DNA from: Candidatus Chisholmbacteria bacterium
GTDB lineage: Bacteria; Patescibacteriota; Microgenomatia; UBA1400; Chisholmbacteraceae
Length of the DNA: 64,000 nucleotides
Assembly: GCA_963704905.1 (NCBI GenBank)
Contig: CAVPHZ010000001.1
Coordinates: forward strand, 579,438-643,437
Reading direction: 5' to 3'
Under the pieces are notes generated by a model that was given only the letters and a program-made list of their open reading frames with translations, made no database searches and was not told the DNA's origin. Made by a program: the position numbers and the translations under genes. Below, in pieces: positions 20,320-30,500 of this stretch; positions within the stretch are counted from its first letter, which is position 1, and each line of letters starts with the position of its first letter.

Positions 20320-21459
20320 AGCGAAATTTACACCGACCGGCTGGCGGCAGGGCTGGAAATCGTTTCTTATAAAGTCACAGCAGATACGCTTCAGGTGCGA
20401 AAGATTGAGAGTATACCCGGTGAAGATTTAGGAGTGAGTTTAGCAGATGGAGGACGGTTCGTGATCAGCAAGAATATGGACGGATTTGAGGACGAAGTGG
20501 TGGTGTTTGATGAAAACGGCAATGCACAATTTGCCGGAACTGTTGACGCGGATGTTATCAGAGCCAGGCGGATTGAATCGGAAGAGTTTGTGCAATTGGG
20601 ACAGCAAGTAAGTGATCTGTCATCGACGGTTGATGGACTGGTCAGCTCCGATTCTCCCGACCTTGACACCAATAGCGTCGATTCGATGCTGGCTCAAGGC
20701 GGATTGGTGGCAGGAAATACGGAGTTTGCCGGCGGGACGTCATTCTTAAGCAAAGCGAAGTTTGCCGCGCAGACGGTATTTGAAAAACTGGTCACCTTCA
20801 TTGGTGAGGTTGTATTCAAAGGCAATGTTCAGTTTATCGGCCGTCCGACGTTTAATAAAGATACGGCCGGATTTGCCAAGATTAAGCAAGGTGCGCGAAC
20901 GGTTCGGGTTGGATTTGATCAGGCGTATCTGCAAGTGCCAACCATCAATGTGACTGTGGCACTGGATGAGTTTGACAGCTTTGAAGCACAGGAAGCGGTA
21001 CGGGAAGCAGTGCTCTCCGGAGATTTGCGATACCTAGTGACCAAGCGATCGGCGAGCGGGTTTACCATTGAGTTAAATAAACCTGCGATTGAAGACATTA
21101 CCTTCTCATGGGTGGCGCTGGCAGTTGGCGATGCGAATGTGTTTGAGTCTGATGCGAGCTCAATAGATAATCAGGTTTTTGATACAGTATTTGGCCCTGA
21201 AAAACAACCTGATCCGGTGACTCCAACTCCGCATGAACCAACTAATGTTGAGAATTATGAATATGTTTCGCCGCCGGAGGAGTACCTAGATCAGTATCAA
21301 GTACCGGCAACTGAGATGGAAATGCCAACTCCACAACCAACGCAAGTGACAACGCCATCTTCTGAACCAACTGTCAGTCCAACTCCTACCGTTGTACCGA
21401 CAAGTACACCTACACCTACGACAACGACCGTACCTACACCAACTCAAACGCCAAGCTAA
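20320..21459 (+). CDS. Giant surface protein, C-terminal segment with Pro/Thr-rich tail
   Basis: The frame of track ORF 20395..21459 already reads SEIYTDRLAAGLEIV from 20320, a paralog of the motif at 19966. It then has an NKDTAGFAKI...VPTINVT domain and a PTPT tail. The link to segment 4 runs through the +1 frame (~20200-20315). Confidence 0.65.
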   Translation, partial: SEIYTDRLAAGLEIVSYKVTADTLQVRKIESIPGEDLGVSLADGGRFVISKNMDGFEDEVVVFDENGNAQFAGTVDADVIRARRIESEEFVQLGQQVSDLSSTVDGLVSSDSPDLDTNSVDSMLAQGGLVAGNTEFAGGTSFLSKAKFAAQTVFEKLVTFIGEVVFKGNVQFIGRPTFNKDTAGFAKIKQGARTVRVGFDQAYLQVPTINVTVALDEFDSFEAQEAVREAVLSGDLRYLVTKRSASGFTIELNKPAIEDITFSWVALAVGDANVFESDASSIDNQVFDTVFGPEKQPDPVTPTPHEPTNVENYEYVSPPEEYLDQYQVPATEMEMPTPQPTQVTTPSSEPTVSPTPTVVPTSTPTPTTTTVPTPTQTPS

Positions 21460-21609
21460 AGGTGCACGTTAGAAACTATTCGATGATGACAATAAGATCA
21501 CAGATTATAAATTATCAAGACTGAAGTATGATGCATAACCTGTCCATCGTGTTTTTAGTCTGTTGCGTGTCTTTTTGGCTCTCACTTGACTATTAACCGT
21601 AAAAATTTA

Positions 21610-21645
21610 TTGACAACATTATAAATTTACTATAGTATGCGGAGG
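21610..21645 (+). promoter_or_regulatory. sigma70-type promoter and Shine-Dalgarno for the LytR_C gene
   Basis: TTGACA (21610-21615), 17 nt spacer, TAGTAT (21633-21638); GGAGG at 21641-21645, 8 nt before ATG 21654. Confidence 0.7.
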
Positions 21646-21653
21646 AAACGTGT

Positions 21654-22379
21654 ATGATTTCAAGAATTGTTGCTTTTTTCAGAGGATTTTTACTTCGGCC
21701 TGTGGTTCTGCTTGTTCTTTTTCTTGTCGCAGTTGGTGCGGCGGGATACTCCTATAATTTGTACCGAAATGCTCAAACCGAGTTACAGCGCTATCAAGAA
21801 GATCCACGTGCAGTTGCCGAGGAAGAAGTACAGCGAGTCGTAGGCGAAGTTGGTGAGCTCGTAGCGTTGCCTGAGGATGAAGATCCGACAGTGGCGACGG
21901 TTACGGATGCTGAGAATCTCAGACAGCAGCCGTTTTTTGAAAAAGCGGAAAATGGTGATAAAGTGTTGATCTACACCCAGGCTAAACGGGCAATCCTATA
22001 CCGACCAAGTACTAAAAAAGTCATCGAGGTTGCGCCGGTGAATATTGGAGCTGAGGGTAGTGTTCAAAGCATTGAGGGTGGAGAACAGCTGCCAAGAGTA
22101 CAAATTTCGTTTTTCAATGGGACTACGACCAGCGGTTTAACACGGGCGACGGAGGACACGCTTCGGAGTCAGCTTCCAGATCTGGAATTTGACGTTCCGA
22201 CACGGGAGAATGCGTCTTTTCAAGATTATTCCTCAACCATTATTGTTGACCTGTCTGGGAATAATGGATCCCTGGCTTCGCAAATTGCTTCAGCGCTCGG
22301 CGGAGAAGTCGGTTCACTTCCAGATGGAGAGACGGCTCCCAATGGAACTGATATCCTCGTGATTGTGGGTGGGGAGTAG
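21654..22379 (+). CDS. LytR C-terminal domain-containing membrane protein
   Basis: N-terminal TM and coiled coil. C-terminal ISFFNGTTTSGL...ENA...YSSTIIVD...DILVIVG is the typical LytR_C pattern. No LCP catalytic domain seen. Confidence 0.8.
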   Translation: MISRIVAFFRGFLLRPVVLLVLFLVAVGAAGYSYNLYRNAQTELQRYQEDPRAVAEEEVQRVVGEVGELVALPEDEDPTVATVTDAENLRQQPFFEKAENGDKVLIYTQAKRAILYRPSTKKVIEVAPVNIGAEGSVQSIEGGEQLPRVQISFFNGTTTSGLTRATEDTLRSQLPDLEFDVPTRENASFQDYSSTIIVDLSGNNGSLASQIASALGGEVGSLPDGETAPNGTDILVIVGGE

Positions 22380-22411
22380 ACATCTTTTTTTTCCTAAGGT
22401 AGAATTTTCTT

Positions 22412-22618
22412 ATGGAAAAAGATCCTGGTGATACAGGTAAACCTTCTGGTGAGAAATCATTTTTAGCAGACCTACTTGCGAAACAATCATATGTTAAAGG
22501 TGTTCCTGGGGATCACAGTGCGGCTGAGGCTGAGGTGCAGCGACAGATAGATCAAGCCACTCAAGGCGGCGATCCGATTACTGGTGAAGATGTCACCAAG
22601 TCTGGTGGAGATGATTGA
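22412..22618 (+). CDS. Small acidic hypothetical protein (68 aa)
   Basis: ATG start 32 nt after the previous stop with coding-like composition; no recognisable motif. Confidence 0.4.
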   Translation: MEKDPGDTGKPSGEKSFLADLLAKQSYVKGVPGDHSAAEAEVQRQIDQATQGGDPITGEDVTKSGGDD

Positions 22619-24497
22619 TTTGGAACTACCTCTGTTGTTTTTTTAGATATACTTCATTTCCATATTTCTACAAGCAGCGGTTATTTAATCTTTATGTGTA
22701 TTTTTAAACTACATGCAGAGTAATACATGATTGCAGTGGGTGAAACCGTGGTCTTTTATTAGAAATTGACAGTAGTTAATGATAATTGTGGTTACAAAAC
22801 ATCTACCATACTACTGATTGTGCTGATGTTGTCGTGTTTTGCAAGATTGACTTTCATCAGCAAACGCCTGGAGAGGATGCTGATCTGACTCGTTAAAGAG
22901 TTCATCGGGCCTGCTTTTATAATAACTTCATATAATTCTCCTCTTGACCGTTTATTTCGTTTTCTATGAGCTGTTGTTATCCTTTCCTATTTATCTTATA
23001 AGTGTGTATTCTGTATGAGTGTGGGTATTTTGACTAGTATGTGTTTATTTGGATTTAAGTATCATTGTTATATCAATGGTGAAAAGCATATTATGGGAAC
23101 TTTGCAGCATAATATGATATTCAATAATGTAGATTGTTTGTATCTCTTTATAACTTTTATATATAGTTTATACGCGTATCTATACCGAAGTTGCAAGAGC
23201 GATATTATGAGACAATCTCGTTAATAAGGGGCTTATAGCGCTGAAGTGCCAATTCGAATAAAATGGTTAAAATTTAATTGAAAATCATTATTAACCATAT
23301 ATTGCGTACTGAGCAACACTTTGTAAGAGTATTATTAGTACTCAGACCGCCTGGATGAGGATGCGTACGACCTGTAATAAATATTCAGAATAGATAAAAG
23401 GTTAAAGAATTGTTTCTCAATAAGACTGTTTTATAAGAGCCTCAAGAAGAATTACATAATTCGCAGTGACAAGCAGATTAACAGAATTCTCGGTATCTCT
23501 ATAAAAACTGCGTCTCTTCGAAAGTAGTCATGCGAGAAGATTCAAGGAGCTGGTAAGGGGAACTGCAATTTATTTGTATCAATACTAACTTGGCAAAATA
23601 ATCAGATAGTTTAATGCTGATGAGAATTAAAGCGGGATATACATATATGATAGAGACCAGGTAGAGTTTAATGAGAAGAAGTCGCATTTGGTTGACTTTC
23701 AGGGGTTCTTAATTCCTTCTAGAACGGCTTCTAACAGCTTACGTAGAGACTTATCTCGCAATCATCGAATATAAAATATTTCAAATGGATATATGGGCAG
23801 AGCTTAACCAGAATACGATCTTCTCAAGAGCAACATTGTTTACACTTCCGAATAAATTCCAATTATTACATTAGTTATATTGAGGTAGTTTGATGGCTAA
23901 GACTAATTGGTTGTTGGATATCAATGCTCTTTTTTTGGTTTATATTGCTATGGGTTTTAAGTTGTCATTGTGGATTTGTGGATAATTGATATATAGAAAC
24001 ATTTTCACGATGATATCTCTTAACTACTGATATATATAAGATCATAATAGTACTATCTATCATTGCAGGCTTCGGGATATATTATTTAATACTATTATCG
24101 GTTGATATTGAAATAATTATGTAACTCTCAATATATGTAGAACAGTGACAGACACGCTAATTGAGAATAATTGCTTTCATCATTAGCACTATTAGGGTAC
24201 ATATAGTATTCTTTAATACATCTGGAACTTATAATAAGAATTGATATATTAAGCCCTTAATATATTTAAGAATAAGATAAATTCCTCGAATATCGTTCCC
24301 CTGGAGTAACTCAAACATATTTAATTACCATTGTTAGAAGAACTAGTCACTATTATTAATACTACGGGTTTATTTAGAGATACATTTGCATCTCCCTCTA
24401 AGACAAATAAGCTTGATGTAGGGCTCTTAAATATCAATAACAGATTAGCAATATGTATAGATAAGACCGATAGTATACTAAATCACCTATCTGTATC

Positions 24498-24527
24498 TTG
24501 ACACTGTATCCACAACCTGTTTACATT
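24498..24527 (+). promoter_or_regulatory. Putative sigma70 promoter of the 8,492-aa gene
   Basis: TTGACA (24498-24503), 18 nt spacer, TACATT (24522-24527). The spacer contains GTATCCACA (8/9 match to a DnaA box). Confidence 0.5.
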
Positions 24528-24585
24528 GTACTACCAGAGGAAAAATGGCTGAAAGGCCACATTAGAAATATAGCTTGCCTGCCCA

Positions 24586-27500
24586 ATGAAGTCGCAAAAA
24601 CGACGAGTAAAGCGTTTAAACAATGCTTTTTACTACTTCATACAGAGAATTGATGCTGTATCATTAAAGCGTCAATTAAAAAGTTTCAAACACATAAGAG
24701 ATAGGTTTAGAGATCGACCTAGTCCTTCGAATGATCGTGAAGTTCAGGTTGGAGACCATTCACAAACGCCACCAGATGTATTAGATCAATCTACTCGAGA
24801 AAAAGAGATTGTAAATATAGCGTGGCGTGACCCAGGCGTAAGCGTCGATGAATTAGCAGACAAAATACGCCTCCGCCAATGGGGTCATGACATTACAAAT
24901 GACCTGGTCTATCAGACCCTTCTTGCATACGGGATTGCTGAAAAAGAGCACCGTCTGCGTTGGGCCCAGGACCATCAATACGACTTCACTGAGGCATGGA
25001 ATGCCCTTATTCCTACTGCAAAGCGAAAAACTACCACTGGGAAGCTTTCAGCTCAAGAGCGATTAGCCATTATTCGCCGTGTAGAGCAGGGAGAACCCGT
25101 TGATCAAGTCTGTGCAAGTGTTGGAGTTTCTCGAACACTCTTTTATAAATGGAAGAAGCGGTATGACACGGTAAAGACTGAGGCATGGAAACGTACCTTT
25201 GGATTTACCCGTGGCACATTGGATGAGCGAGAGCTCTTAGCGGTTCTGGAATCCCAGCCAGCAAGCAAGCCGGTCGTCTATGGCGGGCAGGCAACAGCGG
25301 AGCAGGTACGTGCAGTTCTGGAAACGGTGGTGAAGAACCCTGACTGGGGTGTGGGAAAGATTTACAAGCATTTGCCAAAGGAAGATGGGAAACCCATCAT
25401 CGGACGTCATGGTGTACAGAAGATTTTGGAGCGGGAGAATCTTCGCAGCATAGAAGAGAGACGATATTGGGTGAGTACCCAACCAAAGAAAGGGTCGACC
25501 GAAGATACACAAATTATCAAGCTTGCATGGCAGGATCCGGGTCTTTCGGTTGAGGATTTGGTTGACAAAATACGCCTCCGCCAATGGGGTCATGACATTA
25601 CAAATGACCTGGTCTATCAGACCCTTCTTGCATACGGGATTGCTGAAAAAGAGCACCGTCTGCGTTGGGCCCAGGACCATCAATACGACTTCACTGAGGC
25701 ATGGAATGCCCTTATTCCTACTGCAAAGCGAAAAACTACCACTGGGAAGCTTTCAGCTCAAGAGCGATTAGCCATTATTCGCCGTGTAGAGCAGGGAGAA
25801 CCCGTTGATCAAGTCTGTGCAAGTGTTGGAGTTTCTCGAACACTCTTTTATAAATGGAAGAAGCGGTATGACACGGTAAAGACTGAGGCATGGAAACGTA
25901 CCTTTGGATTTACCCGTGGCACATTGGATGAGCGAGAGCTCTTAGCGGTTCTGGAATCCCAGCCAGCAAGCAAGCCGGTCGTCTATGGCGGGCAGGCAAC
26001 AGCGGAGCAGGTACGTGCAGTTCTGGAAACGGTGGTGAAGAACCCTGACTGGGGTGTGGGAAAGATTTACAAGCATTTGCCAAAGGAAGATGGGAAACCC
26101 ATCATCGGACGTCATGGTGTACAGAAGATTTTGGAGCGGGAGAACTTGAATACATTTACCAAACGACAGAGCTGGATATCTTCGCAGCCGGCATTTGCTC
26201 CAGAACCAACAGGCGTTCGACCAGAACTTTCTTGGCAAGACAGGATTAAACTTGCGACTGACGAGTTCATACCATCGCGGGCTCCGGCTCCTCCACCAGG
26301 CCAATCAGCACTCTTGTATTACTTCAGTTTTTACTCTCCCTATCTCTTCATTGCACTCTTTGTATTCACAGGACTTTTCGGATTCGGCTATCTCTTAGGC
26401 CACGCTCAGGACAGCAGCCAAGCAATTGGTTGGTTCTTTGCATCGGTTGCGCTTACCATGGGTGCGTTTTTCTTCCTCTACTCAATGAAGTACTACCTGA
26501 CGTTGGCCATCGTGCTCTCGTATACTCGTGAGGGGTCGGTTCCATTTGAATCCGAACGAGACACCGCGCGTGAAGGTACACTTATCGAACGGTTGTTCGG
26601 CTTATCTTTGCGAAAAGAATCAGGTGAAGAACATCTTGGTGAACTTCCTCGGAAGGCGGGAGGATTAGAACCTAATGTCGATGAAATTCATTTAGAACGG
26701 TATCCGTTTATTTCCGTACATTTACCAATGTACAACGAGAAGCATGTGGCGGAGAGACTTCTTCGGGCTGCTACGTCATTTGATTATCCTGCGTATGAAG
26801 TCATCGTTGCGGATGATAGTACCGATGAAACCAAAGACATTGTGATGCGGTTTGCCGATCATTGGAATAAAAACAAAAAGCCTGGACAGCCAGTGGTCAA
26901 AATATCACATCGAGAGACTCGAGCCGGATACAAGGGAGCAGCACTTCAACTTGCACTTCAACGGACTGATCAACGAGCAGAGTTTGTTACGATTTTTGAC
27001 GCGGACTTTGTTCCCTATCCTGACTCGTTGACATTGTTTGTGAAGTACTTTAAGCACTCGGCTGGGACGCTTGACTATCAAAGTGAGAAGTTCCAAGTCA
27101 GGCAGGCTCATAAGAGTGGTGCAAAATCTGAATGGAGCGTGGATGTCGATGAGAAGACGCGAGTGGCTGCTGTTCAAGGATATCAATGGCATGTACTTAA
27201 TAAGAGTGAGAACTGGGTTACTCGTGGTGTACGAACGGAGTATTCAGGCTCATATGTTATAGAGCGAAGTGGTGAGGAGTTGTATGGAGGGATGAAGCAG
27301 ATCTCCGGCTCGGTGTATATGATCCGACGAGATTTACTGGAGCGGTTTGGCTGGGGAACGTCGATCACTGAAGACTTTGAGATGACCTTGCGTCTCTATG
27401 AGGCTGGATACAGAGTTGTGTATACACCATACATCCAAGCACCGTCAGAGTGTGTGTCGACCTTGAAGCGATTATTTCGACAGCGTATGCGATGGGCTGA

Positions 27501-30500
27501 GGGCCATAGTTTTAATGTGAAGAAACGCTTCTGGCCGCTCATGACATCTGATAACTTGACAAAAAATGAGAAGTTCGAGTTTCTCTATCTCACTCCCTAC
27601 TATTTACAAGCTGCCTTTTTCCTGATTGGAACGATCAGTTGGCTTCTTTCTGAAACTCTATTTGCCGCTCGACTGCCATTTTGGACGACGGTGTGGGGCT
27701 GGTCACTGGTGTTCACCAACATGCTTTCTTTGCCGCTGATGAATGGCATTGGGCTATTTTTGGAAGAGGCCGAGGAACGTGACTTTTTAGGACTGTTTTC
27801 ATTTGTGCTGCTTTCCTACCTCTTGGTACCTTTTCAGGCCTACGCGTCGGTAAAGGGTTTTGTGCAAGATGAGGAGGGACCTTGGTTCCGGACACCAAAG
27901 AGCGGTAAGGTGACTGATATCCTGCGGCGGGGAAAATTTGCACGATTCTTACGCTACATTCTTCAACAGCAGTTTGCGTCTGCGAAGATGCAAGGGCGCT
28001 TGAGAGAAGGAGCGCTCGCTGCGTACCCTGTTCCAGCTTTTGCTATGGCACGGTCTTCAGCAAAACTGCCGATCGGAGGGTTTAGCATTAAACGAAGGCA
28101 GGCAAGATGGATAGGAAAACTGGTCATCAGTTTCATGCTGATTTTGACAACAACCCTGGTATCGTTTGCGCCTTATGTGCAGTCGCTTTCTAGTGTTGGG
28201 TTGCCGCCAACTGGATCAGGGGTGATTCTTAGTCCTGATATGTCATCTAAAGATAAACCTGTACCTACAAGTGAACGACGATCGAGTATTTCCCTTCCCA
28301 ATTTTGTGAATGAAGCGTTTGCTGCTGAAGAAGAGGGTGATGTTCTCGTGGTTGAGTATACGGGCGGTGTTCGAGTAACCAGTCCAAAGCATGACTTTAG
28401 CCGGGCAGAGACACCGCAGTTTGTGGTGGAAAGAAATGAGCCGTTCCTGCAGAACCTCTGGAAGGGTGTAAGACGCCTGTTTGGGAGAGCTGATGATACC
28501 GGAATGCAAATCAGACTTCGGGATAGTAAAGGTCAAGCTGTTGAAGATTTTGAAACCTCTGGGATGGGAGAGGATGTTTTTGATGTGAGATTGCCAACCG
28601 AGCTGCAGTATAAGCCTGGGAAATATCAGCTAGTGGTTGAGTATGACGGGAAAACCATAGAGCAGGACTTTACTTGGGGCGTGCTGGCGGTCAATACCAA
28701 TAAGTCGATTTATTTACCCGGTGATAGCGCTCAGTTGAGTATGGCAGTTTTGGATGATGAAGGGCGGATGGTCTGCAATGCGGACGTTACCCTGAAGGTT
28801 TCATTCCCATCCGGCGAGGTAGCGTATCGATCAACTGACGATGGGACGATTCAGGTGAACCGAGGTTGCTTGAAGCGGGAGATGATCTTGGAACCTGATT
28901 ATGAGACAGAGATAGAGGTAGGTGGAGTTGGTGTGTACCAGATGGAATTGACCGCAAAAACATTGGATGGTGAGCGTAAGGTTTATGATTCATTTGAAGT
29001 GAAAGAATCAGTCCTGTTTGATGTAGAACGAGATAGTGCGACTAGGATTTATCCTAAGGAAATTTATCCAGTAACTATAAACATTACTGCGAACCAAAAT
29101 TTTACTGGTCAGGTTATCGAGACAGTTCCAGAGGGATTTCGAATCGCAGAGAATGAAGAGTACAGATTACAACAACTTGAGAATGGAAGAACTGAGATCA
29201 TCTGGGATGTTGACTGGCGGACGGGTGATCAGGTGACGATTGCGTATCCTTATAACGCTCCTAATCGTAGTCCGGATTTTTATCTTGTAGGTCCACTACG
29301 AATTGAGAATAACGGTGAAGAAGTGTTTTCTGAAGCTCGTCGATGGCAGATTGCGGCTGACTGGACTACTGAGATTCCTCACACGAGCTTATTTACCGAA
29401 ACCGATGATACCGGAGCCAATACGACGGTCGATGTGTATGAGGACGTTGATAATACTACGATTTCGCATGCAACATTGAATGGTGACGGATTTGGTGATA
29501 CAGAACAAGTGTTACTGATTGCTAACGTCAACTTCGATGGGAACGATGCTAACGCGGTCTATGGATTTCGGATTGCCGATACGGCTGGGAATCCCGTTGC
29601 TAACACAACAGTTCGCAGGGAAGTGCGTACGGCTGACGACAGGCAAGAAATACAACGGATTATGACACGCACAAATAAGGTATCGGGTGAGGGATTTGTA
29701 CTGCAAAAAGCCTTCCATACAGCGGGACAAACGACACCGAACATTTTAAAAGCATCGATTGTCGTTTTGGGACTCGGGAATCTTACCGAAAATGTTGACT
29801 ATGTTTATGATGATGATACCTCTACGACAGCGCTTTCAACGACAGCGGCAACCTTTGCAACCATTACTACGCCAGCGAGTGATAACCGCTGGCAAGGGGA
29901 TGTCTTGGTGATGGACCATTGGAAGGCAGACGGGAATACAACCAGTCAGTCACTTCAGCACGGATTACGACGGGATACTGATTCATTGGTGAATATTACA
30001 AGACAAGAAGGCGAAGATTCGAACGATCTCTATGGAGGCGGTTCGATTTACGTGTACAACAACGCCGATACCAGCGCGCATACCTATGACGTGCGGATGT
30101 ACACCTCGGCTGGCACTAGTTTTTCCCATAACTACAGTTCGATTATCGCCTTCCGGGCGAGCTTGTTTGAGGATTTTGAGTGGAACAATACCGATACGGA
30201 AAGCATTCCTGGAGATACCAATTTCAATGAAATGGCAGGGATTACTCCATTCAGCCCGCAAAATAGCGGGGAATTTGTGGTGATGGGATTTGCGGTTGGG
30301 GAGAGCAACGCTGTTGCTAATAGCGATGATGTTCGAATTCGGCTACAGGTCGACGGGACGAATGTGCCTTCCGGATATGATGATAGCACGAATGGAACAA
30401 TGCTTGAGGACCCAGACGATCTGTATGGAATTAACTTGGCATCTTTGGAGACCTTCGATACATCATCGAAAGATATCGATATGGATGCTGCAACTGATGT

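Noticed and set aside
23015-23687. Short ORFs 23015-23224 (+) and 23499-23687 (-)
   Set aside because: AT-rich, atypical composition and no recognisable RBS or motif; likely spurious.
24545-24565. Six-codon uORF (MAERPH) with GAGG upstream, as an alternative start or leader for the giant
   Set aside because: Out of frame with the giant, whose frame has a TAG at 24571; too short to support a regulatory role from sequence alone.
24800-26200. Active IS481/IS3 insertion sequence
   Set aside because: Only HTH parts are present, in frame with the host ORF; no DDE domain, terminal inverted repeats or target-site duplication seen.
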